DNA of 40,387 nt, taken from assembly GCA_902803215.1 (NCBI GenBank), contig CADCPK010000046.1, positions 1-40,387 on the forward strand. Reading direction: 5' to 3'. Under the pieces are notes generated by a model. The model did no database searches and had not been told where the DNA came from. It worked only from the letters and a program-made list of their open reading frames with translations. Of the stretch, positions 17,568 through 25,753 are shown in pieces. Each line of letters starts with the position of its first letter. The first letter of the stretch is position 1. Source of the stretch: an uncultured Lachnospiraceae bacterium (lineage in GTDB: Bacteria; Bacillota; Clostridia; Lachnospirales; Lachnospiraceae). Made by a program: the position numbers and the translations under genes.

Positions 17568-19919
17568 CTAAAACAAACTGTCACTGTAGTCATAAAGTTC
17601 ATCGATAGTGCCTGCCACCGTTTTGATCCCTTCGACGGCATCTTCGCTGTAAGGAAACGCCAGTTTGTCGTCCCTCCTGAGGCCTCCCGTGATCGTGATC
17701 GAGTAACCGTACGAATCCACCTTACCGACACGCACGTACTGTTTTACCAGAACACCGTTTTCCTCCTTCATTACATAGCTTCTGCCGTTCTCGGAGCGCA
17801 CAAATGCTTTGTTGATGGTGATCCCGGTCGTCTCCTCCACACCCGTCTGCGGAAGATTGACCGAAACGAGCCAGGTGTCCTCGTTAATGTCCAGATCCGT
17901 CTGCGCTATCGTCGCGGTAAAGCCGTACACCGAAGCGTTGGGATTACCGTCGCTGAAGCTCGTCTGGGAGCCTGATGTATCCGGATAGGTCGAAACATCG
18001 AGCACTTCGGCCTCGAACGTTTCTCCCATATCGGTGGTGCAGGTTACGATCGTTCCGGGCGTGATCTGATCGAGCATCATCTCGCTCACCTGTCCCGCCA
18101 CATAGTATCCGTCCTTGCTTTTCACCCTCAGGAAGGAATCCATGGAGGATGTTCCCGAATCGGGATTGCCGGTATAGCTCACCGTTCCGTCGATCCGGCT
18201 TCTGATCTCTTTGATCTCGCATCTTTTCTGCAGCCTTAACAGTTCCTTTTCGCCCTGTTTTATCCCGAGCTCCAGGTCTTTGATCAGCTGCTCCTGCTGT
18301 TTTATCGCCTCATCCCGGGTCATTGAGGGTTCGGAGGCCTCCTCTTCGACGTAATCTTCTTCAAAATATGAGTCGTTGGCAGGCTCTTCCGATACCTTTT
18401 CGGTATACTGTTCAGCTTCATACGAAAAGACCTCATACTCATATTCAGGGTCTTTATAAGGTGCTTCGAAATCATCTTTTCCGTTATACAGAATAAAGCT
18501 CATTCCGCTCAGATCGGGATCTTCCTCCTCCGGGGCGGGGATCTCGTTATTAGCGAAGAATACGAGCATAAACCAATAGCCTTCTTCGTTAAGTACCTTA
18601 TCTCCGTAATAATTGTAACCGGCCATCAGATTGAGGAAGGAGCCTTTCATAATGATGGATTCTTTCTCACTGTCGCACAGATATATAAACGGACTTTCGC
18701 TTGTCCCTTCGCCGTATAACGGGTCGGAATAATAATCCAGCACCTCATACAGCACATAATCTGCGGGAATCAGATCCGATACGGTCGGTGTTCTGTCGGG
18801 GTGGACCCCCGGTGTCGGGGACGGGCTCGCCGCAGGATCCGGCGTAGGGGTAAGCAGGTCTTCTTCTACGACCAGCTCATCTCCTGCGGAATCATCCGCT
18901 GCCAGTTCATTGCCCGATTCCATCTCTTCCGGGAACATTTCGGACAGATCGCCTGTCCCTTCTTCCGGAACCGTTTCCGTTCCGACAGAGCCTGTTGCGC
19001 CGAAGTCATCGGTAACCGGCAATTCCTCTTCGGGAATGCCGATATCCACCGTATCTCCGGGTACGGTCTCGTATCCGTCGCCCGGTTCGATCGTATCTGT
19101 GATCCCGGTATCACTGCCGGTCAGATCTACACCTGTGCCGGACACCTCTTCCGTTACCGCACCTGCCGCAGGGTCTTCTTCTGCCATAAGTTCCGCAACC
19201 TCTCCCGCAGGAACGGTTTTTTCCTGTACAAAAAAGCCGGTCAGCGGCATGGCTGCAGCGAGATATGCAGGAGCTCCGCCGCGCGTGGTCATCCGGGAGA
19301 GGTCAGATCCGCTGTAGTCTCCTTCTGTGTAGTCTCCTTCTGTATAATAGTCCCCTTCTGTGTAGTCTCCTTCTGTGTAGTCTCCTTCTGGGTATCCTCT
19401 TTCTGTATATTCATCCTCGAAATTATCAAAAGACATCGTCTCTTCGCCGCCCGAGGCATCGCCGGTATCTTCCTCCGATACCGAAGGATCGGCCGTCGTT
19501 TCTTCGATCGGTCCCCCGTGCTGCAGACTCCACAGCCGGTTCGATGCCGCTTCCAGATTCTGCCGCATCTGCTGAAGCTTAAGATCCTGAAGTCCCAGCT
19601 CCATCTCCGGAAGAGTCGTGTCGATCGTCATGAGCAGATCGCCCTGCTTTACCTCGTCGCCGACATTTACCAGCAGTTCCCCTACGATAACATCCTTATC
19701 GATCCGTATGTTCTGCGTCACATTCATCGCGATATTGCCGCTCAGCGAAGAATCATAATAATCATAGTCATCATAATCTTCCGTCAGCAGTTCCGCGACA
19801 TCCACCACCTTGACTTTCGGTGAGTTTTTTTCCTTCAGATAAGCAAGGCCTTTATACCCGCCGAAAGCAGCCAGCGATACAGCCGTTATGGCTGCTATCC
19901 ACCTCTTTGCTTTACCCAC
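17568..19919 (-). CDS. HlyD/MacA-like adaptor (membrane fusion) protein with a large acidic insertion
   Basis: N-terminal TM; lipoyl half-motifs LLVNVGDEVKQGDLL and IRSRIDGTV flank coiled-coil helices separated by about 395 aa; YknX-like C-terminal beta region (VRVG...ITGGL). Confidence 0.8.
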   Translation of the reverse strand: MGKAKRWIAAITAVSLAAFGGYKGLAYLKEKNSPKVKVVDVAELLTEDYDDYDYYDSSLSGNIAMNVTQNIRIDKDVIVGELLVNVGDEVKQGDLLMTIDTTLPEMELGLQDLKLQQMRQNLEAASNRLWSLQHGGPIEETTADPSVSEEDTGDASGGEETMSFDNFEDEYTERGYPEGDYTEGDYTEGDYYTEGDYTEGDYSGSDLSRMTTRGGAPAYLAAAMPLTGFFVQEKTVPAGEVAELMAEEDPAAGAVTEEVSGTGVDLTGSDTGITDTIEPGDGYETVPGDTVDIGIPEEELPVTDDFGATGSVGTETVPEEGTGDLSEMFPEEMESGNELAADDSAGDELVVEEDLLTPTPDPAASPSPTPGVHPDRTPTVSDLIPADYVLYEVLDYYSDPLYGEGTSESPFIYLCDSEKESIIMKGSFLNLMAGYNYYGDKVLNEEGYWFMLVFFANNEIPAPEEEDPDLSGMSFILYNGKDDFEAPYKDPEYEYEVFSYEAEQYTEKVSEEPANDSYFEEDYVEEEASEPSMTRDEAIKQQEQLIKDLELGIKQGEKELLRLQKRCEIKEIRSRIDGTVSYTGNPDSGTSSMDSFLRVKSKDGYYVAGQVSEMMLDQITPGTIVTCTTDMGETFEAEVLDVSTYPDTSGSQTSFSDGNPNASVYGFTATIAQTDLDINEDTWLVSVNLPQTGVEETTGITINKAFVRSENGRSYVMKEENGVLVKQYVRVGKVDSYGYSITITGGLRRDDKLAFPYSEDAVEGIKTVAGTIDELYDYSDSLF
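19313..19405 (-). repeat. Coding 15-bp tandem repeat (T-E-G-D-Y)
   Basis: Four exact TGTAGTCTCCTTCTG copies (+ strand), one 18-bp variant and one degenerate copy. Confidence 0.9.
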
Positions 19920-19923
19920 AGGA

Positions 19924-20604
19924 TCATCCCTCCTTAAGTATGCCGTCCCTTATGGTGACCACGCGCCGCGCATGAGACGCAATCTCGGCATCATGCGTGA
20001 TCATCAGGACAGATACGCCTTCTTCATTCAGTTTCTCGAACAGTTCCATGACTGCGCTGCCCGACCGGCTGTCCAACGCACCGGTGGGTTCGTCCGCCAG
20101 AAGAAGCTTTGGATTGTTTACCATCGCTCTGGCAATGGCAACCCTCTGCATCTGGCCGCCCGACAGCTGGTTGGGCCTGAAGTCGACACGGTCGGCCAGC
20201 CCCACTCTGTCCAGAGCCCGGAAAGCACGTTCGCGTCTCTCTTTACGCGGAACTTTTGCATAATTAAGCGGCATCTCAACATTGGACAGCGCAGACTGCC
20301 TTGGGAGCAGATGAAAGCTCTGAAATACGAAGCCAATCTTGTTGAGCCTTACATCCGACATTTCGTTTTCGCTCATCTTACTGATATCCTGCCCGTCCAG
20401 GTAATATGTTCCGCTTGTAGCCTGATCAAGACAGCCGATTATATTCATCAAAGTACTTTTTCCGGATCCCGAAGGCCCCATAATAGCCACATATTCGCCC
20501 TCTTCCATCGAAAAATCGACGTCCTTCAGGGCTTCCACCACATATTTCCCCTGATAATAATTCTTACAGATTCCATGCAAATCCAGGATCAGATTCCTGC
20601 TCAT
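19924..20604 (-). CDS. MacB/LolD-type ABC ATP-binding subunit
   Basis: Walker A GPSGSGKST, LSGGQMQR, Walker B LLLADEPTGALD, THD. Confidence 0.96.
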   Translation of the reverse strand: MSRNLILDLHGICKNYYQGKYVVEALKDVDFSMEEGEYVAIMGPSGSGKSTLMNIIGCLDQATSGTYYLDGQDISKMSENEMSDVRLNKIGFVFQSFHLLPRQSALSNVEMPLNYAKVPRKERRERAFRALDRVGLADRVDFRPNQLSGGQMQRVAIARAMVNNPKLLLADEPTGALDSRSGSAVMELFEKLNEEGVSVLMITHDAEIASHARRVVTIRDGILKEG

Positions 20605-20657
20605 ACTGCAAATTCCTCATTATTCCGGCCATGCTGTCTTATATTCCGGCTTCTCTT

Positions 20658-22322
20658 CTACTGCGTCTCATCGACAGCTTCCGCTCCGGATTCGTCGATC
20701 ACTTCCACTTCGGCGTCGTCGAAATACTCCACATCGGCATCGTCGATATATTCCACACCGGCATCATCGGTATATTCCATGTCGGCGTCATCGATGTATT
20801 CCATGCCGGCGTCATCGTAATATTCTGCGTTCGGGTCATCGATGTATTCTACGCCGGCGTCATCGACATATTCCGTTCCGTCATCCTCGATCACGTAAAT
20901 GTCTTCGCCTTCCGGCATCTCAAAATTCTCTTCTCCGGTATCATCGTAGACTTCTACGGCGTCCACATCAAAATCATCGGTATAGTACCCCGAATCGTCA
21001 TATATCTCCTCGCCATATTCGCCTTCTTCACCGTAATCCTCGCCCTCTGTATTTTCCATGTTCTCAAGTTCCCAGGTCATGGTCTGGTCAAGAGTACCCG
21101 GTCTTGCCGCCATGCCCTCTTCAAGAGAAGCCGACGGGAACGCGATATAGTCGTCTTCGGTCAGGCCGTCCAGTATCTCGTACTTCAATTCGTACGCATC
21201 GTACTCGCCCAATTTAACGGACTTTTTGATCAGTTTATTGTTCTCATCTATCGACCAAACAAACGGATCTTCGGTGTCTGTCCCGACAATAAAGTCCTCT
21301 GAAAGCCACAATCCCGATTTTTGTTCTTCCTGTCCCACATCTCTCTCTATGTAGACATGCTGTCCGAGCATAAGGCCCTCGGAGTCTTCCAGTTCGACAT
21401 AAAACGGATACGAACTGGATGAAGTCATAGAATCACCGCTCGACTGGTAATCGCTGCTCTGATTCTTGCTGTTCTGACTGTCAACACTTCCCATGGTGCC
21501 GCGCCAGACCAACGTTTCATCCGCCCTGGAGCGGATGATCGCTCCTTCTCCCGGGATGATCTCGTCCCGGTTCAGCTCGTTGACCGTACCTTTGACACGA
21601 TATTCTCCTGTGCTGAGTATGGTGATGAAAGCTCCGTCGGAGCTGTCGGTGTCGCTTGAGTAGGTTGAGGAATCCTTCTCCAGGTCATCCGTCACAGCCT
21701 GTGTCTCGTCTGTTGAACTCAGCTTGCCTGTGTCGATCTTCTGAATGATCCCGTCTATCTCGCTCAGCACCTGCGTATCACCGGTCTGGCCCTCGAGTTT
21801 TATGATCTCTGCCGATTTTGCTTTCTGATCGTATTCATTCTTTTTCAGATTGAGCTCCGCGTTCTGAATGTCGATCAGAAGCTCAAGCTGACGGTTGGCA
21901 TTTTCCTTCTTTTCGCGTTCCGCCTGATACGTGGCGATCTGATTCTGATAACTCAGCGCCTCGTTTTGAAGCTGTTCCAGGTCGAGTCTCGACTGCGCAA
22001 GCTTTTCTTCTATGCTGCTTAGATCGTACTCGAACAGGAGCTGGCCGGCCTTCACCTCATCGCCGACCTTTACCTTTACTTCTTTGACCTTTCGGTCCAC
22101 GTCTTTTTGTACAGATACCGTCTCCTGGGGTTCTACCACGCCGGCAAACCGGTTCTCCGCGCCGGAGATCTTCCCCATGATCGTGCTTACCGATGTTACG
22201 TAAACTGCTCCGGAACTTTCCTGGGCGGGAAGAAAACTTCCGTCATTATAGTAATACCACCCGGCAGCTCCGACGGCGCCGGCCAGCAGAACAACCAGGG
22301 CAGCAACAGCAGCTTTTTTCAT
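20658..22322 (-). CDS. HlyD/MacA/YknX-like adaptor protein with an acidic repeat tail
   Basis: N-terminal TM, VKVKVGDEVKAGQLL, coiled coil, VLSEIDGII, beta-barrel, VKLG...ILDGL; GGAGG RBS. Confidence 0.88.
   Translation of the reverse strand: MKKAAVAALVVLLAGAVGAAGWYYYNDGSFLPAQESSGAVYVTSVSTIMGKISGAENRFAGVVEPQETVSVQKDVDRKVKEVKVKVGDEVKAGQLLFEYDLSSIEEKLAQSRLDLEQLQNEALSYQNQIATYQAEREKKENANRQLELLIDIQNAELNLKKNEYDQKAKSAEIIKLEGQTGDTQVLSEIDGIIQKIDTGKLSSTDETQAVTDDLEKDSSTYSSDTDSSDGAFITILSTGEYRVKGTVNELNRDEIIPGEGAIIRSRADETLVWRGTMGSVDSQNSKNQSSDYQSSGDSMTSSSSYPFYVELEDSEGLMLGQHVYIERDVGQEEQKSGLWLSEDFIVGTDTEDPFVWSIDENNKLIKKSVKLGEYDAYELKYEILDGLTEDDYIAFPSASLEEGMAARPGTLDQTMTWELENMENTEGEDYGEEGEYGEEIYDDSGYYTDDFDVDAVEVYDDTGEENFEMPEGEDIYVIEDDGTEYVDDAGVEYIDDPNAEYYDDAGMEYIDDADMEYTDDAGVEYIDDADVEYFDDAEVEVIDESGAEAVDETQ
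20661..20873 (-). repeat. Coding 24-bp imperfect tandem repeat (consensus EYxDDAxV)
   Basis: EYVDDAGV EYIDDPNA EYYDDAGM EYIDDADM EYTDDAGV EYIDDADV EYFDDAEV EVIDESGA EAVDETQ. Confidence 0.88.
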
Positions 22323-22396
22323 AAACTACCTCCGTTGCTTCCATCGCTATGGAAATTTTCGATGCCTGATCTTATGGCATCACTGATCAAACATAC

Positions 22397-22519
22397 CCGG
22401 CTGTCAGCCCGGCTTCCTGCCGGGAACTATCAGCCCACACTGTGGACTGCCGGATTCAAAGGTAACCGGCAATCCGCTTCGCTGCCTGCCGGTAACCGAT
22501 AGCCCACTCCGTGGGCCGG
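22397..22519. repeat. Degenerate tandem array of about 29-bp palindromic units upstream of the ABC operon
   Basis: Units at 22425-22453, 22464-22492, 22494-22519 and a decayed one near 22397-22423; consensus AACCGGCAGCCCAC-nnn-GTGGGCTGCCGG. Confidence 0.6.
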
Positions 22520-22523
22520 TTTA

Positions 22524-22552
22524 ATTATAACAGGTTATTACGGATTATTAAA
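22524..22552 (-). promoter_or_regulatory. Candidate promoter of the ABC exporter operon
   Basis: Extended -10 TGTTATAAT (22532-22524) with a weak -35 TTTAAT at 17 nt. Confidence 0.55.
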
Positions 22553-22620
22553 GTAATCCTCAAATTTTGCAACACTTTTCACACATATTTCACCCTTTCC
22601 GGAAATACGGACACTGATTT

Positions 22621-22649
22621 TTGACAAAATCAAATCTATCCGGTATAAT
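22621..22649 (+). promoter_or_regulatory. Consensus sigma-A promoter of the lipoprotein gene
   Basis: TTGACA-17 nt-TATAAT, exact consensus. Confidence 0.85.
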
Positions 22650-22725
22650 GAACAGAACCATATTCGGTACGTAAACGTCTGTTCCGGAGACCTGCCAAAT
22701 ACTCTCCAGAAAGGAAAGAAATCTC

Positions 22726-23826
22726 ATGAAAACCCTTAGACAGCTGCTTTCCGTTTTCCTGTGTGTTTTCACATTCCTGTGCATCGGATGCTCGGGAGAC
22801 GACCACTCCGATATAAGGAAAGCAATCTCGGCTGAGCTGGACTCATTAAAAGGTCTCGACTCAGATGAAGCATATTCTTATTTGAGTCAGAGCGATCTTT
22901 TTCCCGACGAAGCAGGTGCTGCAGATGAGGCACCCTCCGCTGAGGTCAAAGATGTATTTTCCATGTTTTTCAAGCATTTCGACTATGAAATCCGGTCTGT
23001 AAACGTTTCTGAAGACGGCAAAACAGCCGATGCTTCCGTACGTCTTACCACTATAGATGCCGAAACTTTAGCGAGGGACTTTGCTTCTTCAAGCCTTCGC
23101 GAAGCGATAAAGTCCGCATCTCAGAATGGCGGTTCCGAATCAGGTACAACGATCAGGGATCGCTATCTTTTGCTCAATCATCTTCTTAAAACGGGAGAGT
23201 ACGGCACTCTCGAATCTGACTGTACAATAAAGCTCACAAGCAATGATGATGACTGGACCGTCAATCACACTGCCACGCTCGAAAATCAGCTGGTCGGAGG
23301 GCTTATCTCACGTTTGGCCGATCCTTACATTCTTACTCCCGAAGAGACGATCGATATCTATCTGGGCACTATCCGAAAAATGAGCACCGATGAGCTCAGC
23401 ACCTATCTCGGTCTTAACGTTCTGTATTCCGAGTCTGACGACTCTCTCAGACAGATATACGATGCTATGGTCGAACAGGTGCACGATCACTTTAACTATA
23501 AAATTCAGGACAGCAGTCAGAACGGAACATCCGCAAACGTGAATGTCGTTATCACTTCTTTTGACAGTGATGCCATCATGGAAAGGTACCATTCCGAGAT
23601 GGACAGCTATCTGGCAACAGCGGATGCGGTGATCGAAGGCTCCGATGCCAGGCTTGCCTATTCGAGGGAACTTCTTCTCAAATGCATCAAGGAAAACACC
23701 GACGTCAGAGAAAACACTGTTTCTTTCACGCTGAACAATGATGGGGTTTCCTGGAAGCTTATCGATCCGGGACAGGCTTTTGGTGAAGCGCTGTTCGGCA
23801 CCATCGAGATCGATCAGGAATCCTGA
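22726..23826 (+). CDS. Putative lipoprotein with two homologous domains, unknown function
   Basis: Signal peptide ending in LCIG-C (lipobox-like), AAAGGA RBS, consensus promoter and downstream terminator; internal duplication. Confidence 0.8.
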   Translation: MKTLRQLLSVFLCVFTFLCIGCSGDDHSDIRKAISAELDSLKGLDSDEAYSYLSQSDLFPDEAGAADEAPSAEVKDVFSMFFKHFDYEIRSVNVSEDGKTADASVRLTTIDAETLARDFASSSLREAIKSASQNGGSESGTTIRDRYLLLNHLLKTGEYGTLESDCTIKLTSNDDDWTVNHTATLENQLVGGLISRLADPYILTPEETIDIYLGTIRKMSTDELSTYLGLNVLYSESDDSLRQIYDAMVEQVHDHFNYKIQDSSQNGTSANVNVVITSFDSDAIMERYHSEMDSYLATADAVIEGSDARLAYSRELLLKCIKENTDVRENTVSFTLNNDGVSWKLIDPGQAFGEALFGTIEIDQES

Positions 23827-23881
23827 AGACGTTCCGATCGGACTGCCGATCCTCTTTGTGATCCTGAAGTTAATATAGCAG

Positions 23882-23920
23882 AAAACGGGAATTGCTCTGT
23901 AATATGGCAATTCCCGTTTT
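23882..23920. terminator. Bidirectional intrinsic terminator between the lipoprotein gene and aspS
   Basis: AAAACGGGAATTGC-N11-GCAATTCCCGTTTT between convergent genes. Confidence 0.85.
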
Positions 23921-23925
23921 TATTT

Positions 23926-25728
23926 TTATTCTTTTTCTGTTTCCTTCCGAATCTCAAGATGCAGCTCTTCAAGCTGTTTCTCATCCACCTCGGACGGAGA
24001 TTTTGTCATCAGGCAGGAGGCGTCCTTAACCTTGGGGAACGCGATAACGTCACGGATGGAATCCACTTTTGCCATCAGCATGACCAGACGGTCAAGGCCA
24101 TAGGCAAGTCCTGCGTGAGGCGGAACTCCGTAACGGAAAGCATCCAGAAGGAAGCCGAACTGTTCGTGAGCCTGCTCTTTGGTAAAGCCGAGCTTCTCAA
24201 ACATCTTCTCCTGGATATCATCCTGATGAATACGTACCGATCCGCCGCCGATCTCGTTACCGTTCAGTACGATATCGTATGCCTTTGCTCTGACTTTTCC
24301 GGGATCTGTATCCAGAAGGTCGATATCTTCTTCCATCAGCATGGTAAACGGATGGTGCATGGCCGTGAAACGATTCTCCTCTTCGCTCCACTCGAGAAGC
24401 GGGAACTCTGTCACCCACACGAACCGATATTCGTTCTTATCAAGCAGTCCCATCTGCTCTGCAAGCTCAAGACGCAGTGCACCGAGAACATCGTACACCA
24501 GTTTCTTTTTATCAGCGGCAAACAGAAGAAGGTCTCCGTTCTCGCCTTCCATCGCACTGATGAGGGCGCTCATCTCTTCTTCGGTCATGAATTTGGCAAA
24601 GCTGGATTTTACGGTGCCGTCCTGTCCGATCGCGATATACGCCAGTCCTTTAGCTCCGTAGCCTCTCACAAATTCGACCAGCTTGTCGATCTTCTTTCTG
24701 GGCATTCCGCCCTGTCCTTTTGCATTGATGCCGCGGACGCTACCGCCTGCTTCGAGGGCACCGGTAAACACACCGAAGCCGCAGTTTTTCACGATATCGC
24801 TCACATCATGAAGCTCCATGCCGAAGCGCATATCGGGTTTGTCGGAACCGAAGCGGTCCATGGCTTCCTGCCAGGTGATACGCTGAATGGGAAGCGGGAC
24901 ATCCACGTCCAGGACTTCCTTAAAGAGGAAGGCAAGGAATCTTTCATTTACATCGATGACATCATCCACATCGACAAAAGAGAGCTCCATATCGATCTGG
25001 GTAAATTCGGGCTGACGGTCAGCTCTCAGGTCCTCGTCGCGGAAGCAGCGGGCAATCTGGATATAGCGGTCATAGCCCGAGCACATCAGCAGCTGCTTGT
25101 ACAGCTGAGGGGACTGCGGCAGTCCGTAAAAACAGCCGGGATGAATACGGGACGGAACCAGATAATCCCTTGCGCCTTCGGGCGTGCTCTTGCCGAGCAT
25201 CGGGGTTTCGATCTCGAGGAATCCTTCTTTTGCGAAGAACTGCCTGGTCAGCATCGCCACCTTGCTGCGGAGCATAATATTCTTCTGGATATCCGGTCTT
25301 CTCAGATCGAGATAACGGTATTTCAGGCGGACTTCGTCACGTGTTTTGCTGTCCTCTTTTACTTCGAAAGGAGGAACATCCGATTCCGAAAGGATCCTGA
25401 AGGACTGTACGCGCATTTCAAGCGCGCCTGTCGCCAGGCTCTTATTTACTTCTCCGCCACGTGCTTCCACGACACCTGTCGCAGCGATCACGAACTCGGC
25501 TCTGAGTCCTGCAGCTTTTTCAAAATCTGCACTGTTTACGCCTCTCTCATCGTTCTCAAACAGCAGCTGCATGATCCCCGAACGGTCGCGGAGGTCAACA
25601 AAAATAACACCGCCGATATTACGTACTTTCTGCACCCATCCCATGAGTGTAGCTGTGCTGCCGGTCATCTGCTCTGTAACTTCTGCACAGCGGCAGGTTC
25701 TGTGCAGTCCTCTCATACTCTCAGCCAT
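23926..25728 (-). CDS. aspS: Aspartate--tRNA ligase
   Basis: FVDLRDRSG, YRYLDLRR, PQSPQLYKQ, FRDEDLRADRQPEFTQID, GGGSVRIH, GLDRL. Confidence 0.98.
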   Translation of the reverse strand: MAESMRGLHRTCRCAEVTEQMTGSTATLMGWVQKVRNIGGVIFVDLRDRSGIMQLLFENDERGVNSADFEKAAGLRAEFVIAATGVVEARGGEVNKSLATGALEMRVQSFRILSESDVPPFEVKEDSKTRDEVRLKYRYLDLRRPDIQKNIMLRSKVAMLTRQFFAKEGFLEIETPMLGKSTPEGARDYLVPSRIHPGCFYGLPQSPQLYKQLLMCSGYDRYIQIARCFRDEDLRADRQPEFTQIDMELSFVDVDDVIDVNERFLAFLFKEVLDVDVPLPIQRITWQEAMDRFGSDKPDMRFGMELHDVSDIVKNCGFGVFTGALEAGGSVRGINAKGQGGMPRKKIDKLVEFVRGYGAKGLAYIAIGQDGTVKSSFAKFMTEEEMSALISAMEGENGDLLLFAADKKKLVYDVLGALRLELAEQMGLLDKNEYRFVWVTEFPLLEWSEEENRFTAMHHPFTMLMEEDIDLLDTDPGKVRAKAYDIVLNGNEIGGGSVRIHQDDIQEKMFEKLGFTKEQAHEQFGFLLDAFRYGVPPHAGLAYGLDRLVMLMAKVDSIRDVIAFPKVKDASCLMTKSPSEVDEKQLEELHLEIRKETEKE

Positions 25729-25753
25729 TATCGTATGTCTCCTTTGATATCTT

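Noticed and set aside
20621-20650. TATTCCGGC direct repeat with a 21-bp period (LytTR-like geometry)
   Set aside because: Sequence does not match the LytTR consensus, lies mid-operon next to an RBS, and has no promoter behind it
19313-20873. Tandem repeats considered as CRISPR or non-coding arrays
   Set aside because: Unit lengths are multiples of 3, in frame within CDSs, with no spacers
22397-22519. Palindromic array considered as a mini-CRISPR
   Set aside because: Units are divergent, separated by only about 1-10 nt with no spacer-sized unique sequence, and no cas genes are present
22672-22685. LexA-box-like TAAACGTCTGTTCC in the lipoprotein leader
   Set aside because: Mismatch in the GAAC core, single site, and no SOS-type gene downstream
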